Shown piece by piece: positions 1 through 7,915 of a DNA stretch of 64,000 nucleotides. Where the stretch lies: NCBI GenBank assembly GCA_965205975.1, contig OZ242195.1:4640001-4704000 (forward strand). The letters run 5' to 3'. The position numbers and the translations under genes are program-made. The DNA is from Candidatus Latescibacterota bacterium. Lineage in GTDB: Bacteria > Latescibacterota > UBA2968. Every line of letters starts with the position of its first letter. Position 1 is the stretch's first letter. The notes beneath the pieces are model-generated. The model searched no databases. It worked only from the letters and a program-made list of their open reading frames with translations, and was not told the DNA's origin.

Positions 1-36
1 GCTGAGAGAGAGGCTGAGAGAGAGGCTGAGAGAGAG
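1..36 (+). repeat. 12-nt tandem repeat GCTGAGAGAGAG x3 (encodes AERE)
   Basis: Direct reading of bases 1-36; may continue upstream of the window. Confidence 0.9.
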
Positions 37-249
37 CTTGCCCAGTCTCTCGAATATTATCAGCGTCAACTGTGTATCCAAGAGGCACATGAAGATGCCG
101 CAGATATAGTTGCAGTAAGCGCGGCAGGTGGTGTTATTCTAGGTGGGGGAACAGGAGCACTAATTGGTGGGGGTGTGGCGGCATACGCAGGCTGCTATAA
201 AAGTTGCCATGATCAAAGTCCTCCATCGGGATGTAACGATGGTGGTTAG
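1..249 (+). CDS. 5'-truncated ORF (82 aa visible): AERE repeats, Gly-zipper segment, 4 Cys; bacteriocin/RiPP precursor-like peptide or C-terminus of a larger protein
   Basis: Frame +1 open from base 1 to TAG 247-249: AEREAEREAERELAQSLEYYQRQLCIQEAHEDAADIVAVSAAGGVILGGGTGALIGGGVAAYAGCYKSCHDQSPPSGCNDGG*; absent from the ORF track because its start lies outside the window. Confidence 0.65.
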   Translation, partial: AEREAEREAERELAQSLEYYQRQLCIQEAHEDAADIVAVSAAGGVILGGGTGALIGGGVAAYAGCYKSCHDQSPPSGCNDGG

Positions 250-364
250 ATCAAATCTGAGATTTGATCGCTGACAGCCGATCCGAAAAACTAAAATAGA
301 TGGCCTCTGAACATCGGGTGTTCAATGCTTACCGAATTGTCAAACAGGTAAGTGTTGAACACTC
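249..364 (+). other. Two RNA hairpins after the peptide ORF (stabiliser/attenuator-like)
   Basis: GATCAAATC(249-257)/GATTTGATC(261-269) perfect IR; GGGTGTTCAATGCTTACC(316-333)/GGTAAGTGTTGAACACTC(347-364) IR whose mismatches are G-U compatible. Confidence 0.55.
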
Positions 365-449
365 ATAATAAATTTCTCGATGATTGTGAAAACCAATCCC
401 TTAGCCGCTAACTTCGTTATGTCAATAGTGATTCAGGGGATAGACAAGT

Positions 450-1172
450 ATGTACAACATTATTCGCCTTCAACCTGATGAGGCAGAAAATTTTGCAGCG
501 TTTCTCAATGATCTCTATACCCATCATTGGTCGCTCACCTCTTATGCTTATCAAAGAGAGCCAGTTTCAAAACTCATACATTTTGAAACATTGATTGAGG
601 AACTTAATGAGCATAAGCATGTCTCCATTTTTCTACTAAAAAAATATGATCGCATCATTTCATCCATAAAAATAACTCAAAAGGAATCTGAGTCCGATGT
701 GCTCATTTTTTCTCATGTAGAAACCCATCCCGACTTTCAAAAACGCGGGATTTTTGGGCTTACACTGGCAGATACGTGTTTAAGAACCGCCTGTGAATCT
801 GATTGTAAACGCATTGAAATTACGACCTGGTCGTTCAATCGAAAAGGGATTCCACTTTATAAACGCTATGGATTTCGTGCGATACCAGGCACCAATCTTT
901 TGATGGAAAATTATCTGCCAGCTATTGTGAAGCATGTAGATGCACAACCCTATTTTGCTCGCCATGATTATATTCGCACACTCTATAACAAACGCAGTTA
1001 TGGTTATGATGCTGTTGAAATGAATGGCTTAAGTGTCTTTGAGTATCGCTGGAAGCCAAGAAGGGCTGATGACACATTGCGCGTGTTGGTCGATTGGAAA
1101 AAAAAGGAAATCATTGATGTGGAATGCAAGGTCGTGGATTCATCACCATTAGTTAGAGAATGTCATGCGTAA
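450..1172 (+). CDS. GNAT family N-acyltransferase with C-terminal extension
   Basis: Acyl-CoA motif A VETHPDFQKRGIFG and motif B TWSFNRKGIPLYKRYGF. Confidence 0.85.
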   Translation: MYNIIRLQPDEAENFAAFLNDLYTHHWSLTSYAYQREPVSKLIHFETLIEELNEHKHVSIFLLKKYDRIISSIKITQKESESDVLIFSHVETHPDFQKRGIFGLTLADTCLRTACESDCKRIEITTWSFNRKGIPLYKRYGFRAIPGTNLLMENYLPAIVKHVDAQPYFARHDYIRTLYNKRSYGYDAVEMNGLSVFEYRWKPRRADDTLRVLVDWKKKEIIDVECKVVDSSPLVRECHA

Positions 1173-3066
1173 AGAAAATCCCTCTCAAATCCGGATTGCC
1201 ATTGTCGATAGCGGCATAGACGCCTCGCATTCTGGTGTGCGTGATGTTGCAGGTGGTGTTCATATTCAGATTGGTAAAGACAGTAAGACTGTGTTTTTGG
1301 ATGATCACGCCGATTGTGCAGGACATGGTACAGCGTGTGCCGGGATTATTCGGAAGAAGGCTCCTGATGCAGCACTATATAGCGTGCGGATTTTTGATGC
1401 GTCTTTGATGGCGGATGGGCGGGCGTTGATTGCCGCGATTCAGTGGTGCATTGACAATGAGATAGGTGTGGTGAATTTGAGCCTGGGCACGACGGATGTG
1501 ACGTTTAAGGAGGGTCTCCAAAAGGTGTGCCGCAAAGCGGTTGACGCTGGCGTGATTCTCGTAGCTGCCGAGAGTAATGACGGGCGTGAGAGTTATCCTG
1601 CGATATTTTCCGAAGTAATTGGTGTGACTGGTGGTGCGATTTATGAACCAGACGGATTTTATTACCGCAAAGATCATCGCATCGAATGTGTGGCGCGAGG
1701 GGATGAACAGCGCGTGTGCTGGTTAAACGGAAAATATATTATGACTGGGGGTAATAGCTTTGCTGCGCCCCATATTACAGGCATTATCGCACGCCTGTTG
1801 GAACAGCATCCAAAATGTTCGGTTCAAGATATTCGGTTATTATTAAAAGAAAAAGCATTAAACGAAATATCTCAAGATCGAAATAAGTCCAAATCTGATC
1901 CTCAGATAATCCGAAAAGACTTTCAAGAGGACTATGCCTATATCAAAAAAGCCGTGTTGTATCCGTATAACAAAGAGATGCACAGCATGGTGCGCTATCG
2001 CGATTTGCTCGCGTTTGAGATTGTCGGGATCGCCGATCCCATTGGCAAGGGCATGGTGGGCAAAGATGCAGGCAAGGTGATTGGGGAACCGCAGGCAAAT
2101 CTGCGGATCAGTCCGAATATACGCCGCGCAATGGCAGATGCGGATACGCTCATTCTCGGCTATGTGGATCAACTATCTCGCATCCGCAAGCGCGATTTGC
2201 TCAGAGAATATGTGCAATTAGCTCTTGATGAGGGATGCCATGTGTTCAGTTTTCAGGCACTTGATCCAAACCTTTACGGCGACCTGTATGACATAGCGGA
2301 CAAAAAGGGACTGCGCCTTGCCTATCCCCATATTCATAGAGAAGAACTTGCACAGGCAATTCAAAATTTCAACGCGCTCCCACCTGTGGATGTGCCTGTA
2401 CTTTCAGTGATGGGGACGAGTTCTCAACAGGGCAAGTTCACTTTGCAACTCGCGCTCAGGCGCAGGCTCATCCAAAAGGGCTATAAAGTAGGGCAGATCG
2501 GCACTGAGCATCACGCTCGGTTATTTGGCATGGATGCTGCGTTTCCAATGGGCTACGCTTCGCCGCTCAAACTGCCATTTCAACATTACATACCGTATTT
2601 GGATTACAAAATGCGAGAAATTTGCCAGCGCACACAACCCGATATTATTCTGAATGGCTCTCAATCGGGGACCATTCCCTATCATGTCCAGGAACACAGT
2701 ACACATTGCTTGTCTTCACTGGCGTTTTTATTGGGGGTAAAACCCGATGCCTGCATTTTGGTGGTCAACAGCATTGATGCTGAAGAGTATATCCGCGATA
2801 CAATTGATGGCATACGTGCCGTGTGCAAAGCACCGACTATCTTGCTGGCGATGGGCGACCACGAAAAACACATCCGAACAGCTTATGGACGCAGTATGAT
2901 CACGCCCAAAAAGATGGCACAATCTCAAATTGATCAGCACTTAAAAAAACTACAAGATACGTTTTGTGTGCCTGCGATTGAGATTCTTTCAGAGACGGGT
3001 CAACGGTGTCTTGTGGAAACTGTGATTCAATATTTTTCAAAGGGTGATACATCAACTATCGCATAG
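1165..3066 (+). CDS. S8 (subtilisin-like) peptidase fused to a DUF1611-like Rossmann/P-loop domain
   Basis: Triad motifs IAIVDSGID, GHGTACAGII, GNSFAAPHITG; C-terminal half has MGTSSQQGKFT P-loop, GQIGTE, GSQSG, LLGVKPDACIL; overlaps the GNAT stop; no signal peptide visible. Confidence 0.85.
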   Translation: MRKENPSQIRIAIVDSGIDASHSGVRDVAGGVHIQIGKDSKTVFLDDHADCAGHGTACAGIIRKKAPDAALYSVRIFDASLMADGRALIAAIQWCIDNEIGVVNLSLGTTDVTFKEGLQKVCRKAVDAGVILVAAESNDGRESYPAIFSEVIGVTGGAIYEPDGFYYRKDHRIECVARGDEQRVCWLNGKYIMTGGNSFAAPHITGIIARLLEQHPKCSVQDIRLLLKEKALNEISQDRNKSKSDPQIIRKDFQEDYAYIKKAVLYPYNKEMHSMVRYRDLLAFEIVGIADPIGKGMVGKDAGKVIGEPQANLRISPNIRRAMADADTLILGYVDQLSRIRKRDLLREYVQLALDEGCHVFSFQALDPNLYGDLYDIADKKGLRLAYPHIHREELAQAIQNFNALPPVDVPVLSVMGTSSQQGKFTLQLALRRRLIQKGYKVGQIGTEHHARLFGMDAAFPMGYASPLKLPFQHYIPYLDYKMREICQRTQPDIILNGSQSGTIPYHVQEHSTHCLSSLAFLLGVKPDACILVVNSIDAEEYIRDTIDGIRAVCKAPTILLAMGDHEKHIRTAYGRSMITPKKMAQSQIDQHLKKLQDTFCVPAIEILSETGQRCLVETVIQYFSKGDTSTIA

Positions 3067-3074
3067 GAGGGGTT

Positions 3075-3353
3075 ATGTCTATTGAACATCGGGTTAAACA
3101 GGTGATCATTCGCACTTTGTCTCTTGAAGTTGACGCAGACGAAATTGACGATGAAGACGAGCTTTTTGGAGGTGGCCTGGGGATTAATTCGATGGCGACG
3201 ATTGAGATCATTGTGGGTCTGGAAGAGGAGTTTGACATTGAGGTGCCAGATGAAGATTTGCGCGTGGAAATATTTGATAGCGTGCAAACCATGGCCGACT
3301 ATGTTCGCGCAGTGTTACAGAAGGTACCTGAGGTCGCCGGACAGATAGAATAG
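3075..3353 (+). CDS. Acyl carrier protein (free-standing)
   Basis: Acidic 92 aa; GLGINSMATIEIIVGLEEEFDIEVPDED phosphopantetheine-site motif; AGGAGG RBS upstream. Confidence 0.9.
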   Translation: MSIEHRVKQVIIRTLSLEVDADEIDDEDELFGGGLGINSMATIEIIVGLEEEFDIEVPDEDLRVEIFDSVQTMADYVRAVLQKVPEVAGQIE

Positions 3354-3397
3354 ATTTTTCGCTCGCACTTAGATGATACAGATTTTGAGATAGATCC

Positions 3398-4417
3398 ATG
3401 AAAAAATCGCTTCCCATAGAGGTATCCCCACCCATCCACGGCTATCCCCGCCATGGCTATCGGCTTTCGATTATGTCGCTTCAGGATGATTATATTCCCT
3501 GGTTCTTCTGCAATTATATCCAACTATTCGCCGTTGACCTGTTGCATGAGAGCAAACACAATATCCGATTCAACTTCTATTTTCAGGGTCCGTACTCCCC
3601 GCCGTGGCTGTCTATCTACACCGTTCCGAGGCGATCAATTGTCAGAGTCTATCATCAGATTGTGCCGTTTATTCGCGATCAAATTGATGAGGGCTTCTAT
3701 GTCCAGTTGATAGCTGATGAGTATTTTCTGCCGCATACGCCGTTTTATGAGAAAATACACAATCCACATACTATCCTGGTATTCGGATACGATGATCAAA
3801 TGGAAACGCTTGAGACTCTGGGATTCAATAGAGCGGGGGATTACTCTGTTTCAAGGGTTGGGTATTCAGAATTTGAAGCGGCGTTTTGCTGGATTGATCC
3901 CGAGAAACGCAGATCGTACCGGATAGACCTGTTTGAGTATAACGAGGACGGTGTCTATGAGTTTGACATTGACGCTGTCAGAGATCAGTTGCGAGCGTAC
4001 ATCCATTCTGAGAATCCGTCTATCCACTACCGGACGTTGCGTAAGCCAGTTGAAGGCGTCTTTGGGATGGCGACGTATAAGCTCTTGCGAGATTATTTTA
4101 CGCATTTGTTTGTCCATCCCCGGCTGTGGGATCGGCGGCATCTGTTCACGCTTTGGGAGCACAAGCGTTGTATGTTAAACAGGCTTGCTTATCTGGAAGA
4201 GCACGGGTATTTGCGTCCGTCTGACCAGTATCATCAGGCGTATAAGGAGGTTGAACACAAGGCGCATCAGGTTCATCTGATGATGCTCAAATTGCGAGCG
4301 TTGGTGAAGGTCAAGAGAGCGTGGGATGTGGATCGTATTCTGAAGATTATCACCTCGTTAGATGATATTTCTCAAAGGGAAGAGCGCATTCTGAAGAATG
4401 TTTTGAAGGCTCTTTGA
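3398..4417 (+). CDS. BtrH-like (papain-fold) protein, putative ACP-dependent acyltransferase
   Basis: IRDQIDEGFYVQLIADEYFLP...HNPHTILVFGYDD segment resembles BtrH_N-type proteins of biosynthetic clusters. Confidence 0.55.
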   Translation: MKKSLPIEVSPPIHGYPRHGYRLSIMSLQDDYIPWFFCNYIQLFAVDLLHESKHNIRFNFYFQGPYSPPWLSIYTVPRRSIVRVYHQIVPFIRDQIDEGFYVQLIADEYFLPHTPFYEKIHNPHTILVFGYDDQMETLETLGFNRAGDYSVSRVGYSEFEAAFCWIDPEKRRSYRIDLFEYNEDGVYEFDIDAVRDQLRAYIHSENPSIHYRTLRKPVEGVFGMATYKLLRDYFTHLFVHPRLWDRRHLFTLWEHKRCMLNRLAYLEEHGYLRPSDQYHQAYKEVEHKAHQVHLMMLKLRALVKVKRAWDVDRILKIITSLDDISQREERILKNVLKAL

Positions 4418-4438
4418 GGCGCGTACACGATAGCACAT

Positions 4439-4483
4439 AAAATCCCCTATTGCGCGTTATTGCGATGGGGGATTGGTTTTTTT
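4439..4483. terminator. Probable bidirectional intrinsic terminator
   Basis: AATCCCCTATTGCG...TGCGATGGGGGATT stem followed by T-run, between convergent genes. Confidence 0.65.
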
Positions 4484-5373
4484 TACATCAATTTTTTGCG
4501 TTTGGCGAGGTAGTTGAAGAGGGCGGTGTCAAAGGGTTCTGAGGTTTCGAGGAGGACGTAGTCGATCAGGGCTTCGCGGCATTCGCGGCGAAAGCGGTTG
4601 ATGAGGGTTTCCATGTGGTCGCGGTACTCGGGTGCGAGGTGCCAGGGTTCTGTGGCGATTTGGGTGCCGGATTCGAGATCGACAAAGCGCATTTCGCGGT
4701 TGAAGTCGAGGTCGCGCTCTCGGGGGTCCAGGATGTGGAAGACGATGACTTCGTGGTTGCGATGGCGAAAGTGTTTGAGGCCGTTGAGCAGGCGATCTGG
4801 ATCGTCGAAGAGGTCGGAGATGACGATGACGAGGCCGCGGCGCACAATGCGTTCGGCCAGTTCGTGAAAGGCGGCGGCGAGGTCGGTGTCGCCGCCTTCG
4901 GGGCTGGTGTTTTGGAGCGTGGTCAGGAGGGTGTGCAAATGACTGGTGACTGAGCGGGGCGGCAGATATGTGCGTATGCGGTCGTCAAAGGCGATTAATC
5001 CGACGGCGTCGCGCTGGCGCAACATGAGGTGGGATAGGGCGGCTGCGGTATAAGATGCGTATTGGAATTTGGTGATGGAATCCGAGCCATAAGCCATTGA
5101 GGCACTGGCGTCTATGAGGAGATGGGCTTTGAGGTTGGTTTCTTCTTCGTATTGTTTGACGTAGAGGCGGTCGGTTTTGCCAAATACTTTCCAGTCCAGG
5201 TCGCGCAGTGAGTCCCCCGGCATGTATTGTCGGTATTCGGAGAATTCGACGGAGAATCCGTGGTAGGGGCTTTGATGCAGGCCGGTGATAAATCCCTCAA
5301 CGACCATGCGGGCGATCAGGTCCAGGCGCGCGAGCCGGGAGACGACTTCGGGTTTGAGATATTCCTGGTTCAT
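4483..5373 (-). CDS. DUF58 family (vWA, MoxR-associated) protein
   Basis: GLHQSPYHGFSVEFSEYRQYMPGD, DWK, LLIDASASM, VVISD; start trimmed to MNQEYL. Confidence 0.9.
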   Translation of the reverse strand: MNQEYLKPEVVSRLARLDLIARMVVEGFITGLHQSPYHGFSVEFSEYRQYMPGDSLRDLDWKVFGKTDRLYVKQYEEETNLKAHLLIDASASMAYGSDSITKFQYASYTAAALSHLMLRQRDAVGLIAFDDRIRTYLPPRSVTSHLHTLLTTLQNTSPEGGDTDLAAAFHELAERIVRRGLVIVISDLFDDPDRLLNGLKHFRHRNHEVIVFHILDPRERDLDFNREMRFVDLESGTQIATEPWHLAPEYRDHMETLINRFRRECREALIDYVLLETSEPFDTALFNYLAKRKKLM

Positions 5374-5375
5374 CC

Positions 5376-6542
5376 CTAAAAGCCCGCGGCGAGGATGATC
5401 CAACCCGCAACGGCTCCGCCGACGACCAGCCATACTGCGCCGACTCCGCGCCACAATATCAGAATGGATGCGATGCCTGCGATTGCCATTTTGGGTATTG
5501 AATCCAGGGTTAGGTAGCCCAGTTCTATTGTTACAGCGGCCATCAATCCCACGGCACAGACGTTTACGGCGTCGAGGAATGACGCTACCCATTCAGATTC
5601 TCGCAGCCGGGGCAAGAGGGGATTCAGGGCAGCGACAAATACAAAGGAAGGTAGGAAGATCGCGCCAGCAGCGACGAGGGCTCCGGATAATTTGCCGCCG
5701 GTGACGAGATAGCCGATGAAGGCTGCGGTCGATAATACGGGTCCGGGTGTGAACTGACCGATGGCAATGGCTTCCAGCAATTGTTCCTGGGTCAGCCAGG
5801 CATATCCGAGCACGAGTTCTTCTTCGAGAAATGCAATGAGTAAGTATCCGCTGCCGTAGAGGATTGCGCCAATTTTTAGGAAGAATAGGCCCAGTGCCCA
5901 CAGAGTTGGTCCTGCGGATACTGCGCCTTGACTTGCCAGTATTGTAAATCCTGTGCCTGCTATAGGCGCAATTATAGCTGCGTGTTCGCGATCTCTGGAG
6001 CGGGTCATTCTCAGCCAGAACATTCCGATGATTCCACCGCCGATCAGTGCGAGTACACCGCTGAATTGGGTGAGGGCCACCAGCATTACAGCCAGGCCCA
6101 GAAAGCTCAATCGCCAGCCTTTTACAGCTTTTTGACCGAGTCGCCACAGTGCGCCCAGAATGACGGCGAGGACCGCTGGTTTGATGCCATAAAGCAGGTC
6201 GGCAACCTCTGGGATAGCGCCATACGTCATGTAGGCCCAGGCGAGGATTGTGGTCAATGTGACGGCGGGAAATATAAAACACAGGCCAGCGAGCAATAGA
6301 CCGGGCCAACCGCCGCGCAAGAATCCCAGGTGTATCGCCATTTCCGTCGAGTTTGGTCCGGGGATAATGCTGGTTACGCCGACGAGGTCCAAGAATCGCT
6401 CGCGCGATAGCCACGCGCGCTTTTCAACGACTTCGTCTTCCATCAGGGCGATGTGCGCTGCGGGTCCACCAAAACCTATGACGCCGAGTTTGAAGAATAA
6501 TGCCGCTACTTCGCGCAGTCGTCCGCGTTTTTCGTTTTCCAT
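5376..6542 (-). CDS. chrA: Chromate efflux transporter (CHR family, long form)
   Basis: FFKLGVIGFGGP, PGPNS, second repeat GQFTPGP; many TM segments. Confidence 0.9.
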   Translation of the reverse strand: MENEKRGRLREVAALFFKLGVIGFGGPAAHIALMEDEVVEKRAWLSRERFLDLVGVTSIIPGPNSTEMAIHLGFLRGGWPGLLLAGLCFIFPAVTLTTILAWAYMTYGAIPEVADLLYGIKPAVLAVILGALWRLGQKAVKGWRLSFLGLAVMLVALTQFSGVLALIGGGIIGMFWLRMTRSRDREHAAIIAPIAGTGFTILASQGAVSAGPTLWALGLFFLKIGAILYGSGYLLIAFLEEELVLGYAWLTQEQLLEAIAIGQFTPGPVLSTAAFIGYLVTGGKLSGALVAAGAIFLPSFVFVAALNPLLPRLRESEWVASFLDAVNVCAVGLMAAVTIELGYLTLDSIPKMAIAGIASILILWRGVGAVWLVVGGAVAGWIILAAGF

Positions 6543-6547
6543 ATAAT

Positions 6548-7915
6548 TTACCTCTGTATATCATCAACAACTTCACCAAGTATCTGTAAGCCATCTTCAA
6601 GCGCGTCTTGTTCAATGGTCAATGGCGGAGAGATTTTTACGGTTTGTCCCCACGCGCCCACAGGGGCAAAGAATAGCAGTCCTTTGTGAAAACATCGCAG
6701 TACAATTTCGTGCGCCAGGTCCGGGTCGGGTTCTTTTTGTCCGGCTTTTACCATTTGTACACCGCCTACGAGTCCTTTGCAGGTTACGTGCCCGACCACG
6801 TCGGGATGTGCGGCCTGGATTTTTTTGATTCCGTTCGCTAATACGGGTTCGAGTCGCGCTGCATTGCCGGTTAGGTCATCGTTTACGATTTTTTTCAGGC
6901 TGGCGAGTGCCGCTGCACAACAGACGGGGTTGCCCGTGTGGGTGCTGGTCATTGATCCGGGAGGGTATGAGTCCATGACTTCGGTTCTGCCGATTACGCC
7001 CGATAGGGGCAAGGAACTGCTTACGCCTTTGCCAAAGCATATCAGGTCGGGGGTTACGCCGTAGTGCTCAAATCCCCACATTTTACCTGTGCGACCAAAT
7101 CCCGCCTGTACTTCATCAAAGATTAAGAGGGCATTGTGCGCTTTGCACCATTCAGATAGTGCCTGTACGTACGCTACGGGCGCGAAATCGGGTCCCACGC
7201 CCTGATATGTTTCGAGCATGACGCCGCATACATCGTCTGCATTTAGTCCTTTGTCTTTGATTGTAGAGCAGAAAAAATCGAAATCCACGTTTTCTGTCCA
7301 ATATCCGTCGGGAAAGGGCACCTGTACGATGGCGGGGTCTTCGTTGCCGATCCAATCTTTTTGCCCGGGCATTCCGCCGACTTGCTGGGCGCCCATTGTG
7401 CGTCCGTGAAATCCGCGTTCAAATCCCACAAAGCCGATTTTCTTTTTTCCTCCGGTTGTAATGCCATGCGTTCGCGCGAGTTTTAAGGCGTTTTCTGTGC
7501 TTTCAGATCCGGTTGTTAAAAGAAAAACTTTGTCTAACCCTTCTGGTGCCAGGTCCGCCAGAAATTCGACGAGTTGCGCCCGTTCCTCGCTCGGGAATAC
7601 GTAGTTGTGTAGTAGTCCGGTGCCTACCTGATCTACGATTGCACGCCGGACTTCGGGCATGCCGTGGCCGGCATTGGTGACGAGTACGCCAGAGCTCCAG
7701 TCGAGCCACATGTTGCCGTATTTGTCATAGACCTGACAGTCTTCTGCGCGATCCCATACTATGGGCGGTTGTCCGCGCATGGAGATGGGTTCTACCCGGT
7801 GCAGGGTTTCCAAAGTTGCTACCGAGTCTGGGTGGGGCACAGGCGTCACGATGCGGCGATATTTTGTATCGACTTTTGGTACGTTGGCAGGGGTGATGTC
7901 AAATTCTTTTCCCAT
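6548..7915 (-). CDS. Class III PLP aminotransferase (GABA/ornithine aminotransferase-like)
   Basis: GFHGRT, LIFDEVQAGFGRTG, DLICFGKG (PLP Lys), STHTGNP. Confidence 0.9.
   Translation of the reverse strand: MGKEFDITPANVPKVDTKYRRIVTPVPHPDSVATLETLHRVEPISMRGQPPIVWDRAEDCQVYDKYGNMWLDWSSGVLVTNAGHGMPEVRRAIVDQVGTGLLHNYVFPSEERAQLVEFLADLAPEGLDKVFLLTTGSESTENALKLARTHGITTGGKKKIGFVGFERGFHGRTMGAQQVGGMPGQKDWIGNEDPAIVQVPFPDGYWTENVDFDFFCSTIKDKGLNADDVCGVMLETYQGVGPDFAPVAYVQALSEWCKAHNALLIFDEVQAGFGRTGKMWGFEHYGVTPDLICFGKGVSSSLPLSGVIGRTEVMDSYPPGSMTSTHTGNPVCCAAALASLKKIVNDDLTGNAARLEPVLANGIKKIQAAHPDVVGHVTCKGLVGGVQMVKAGQKEPDPDLAHEIVLRCFHKGLLFFAPVGAWGQTVKISPPLTIEQDALEDGLQILGEVVDDIQR

Noticed and set aside
193..210. CYKSCH as a c-type heme attachment site
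   Set aside because: Spacing is CX3CH rather than CXXCH and there is no cytochrome context; left unassigned.
5593..6414. 273-aa alternate-frame ORF inside chrA
   Set aside because: Arg-rich off-frame product of a GC-biased membrane gene.
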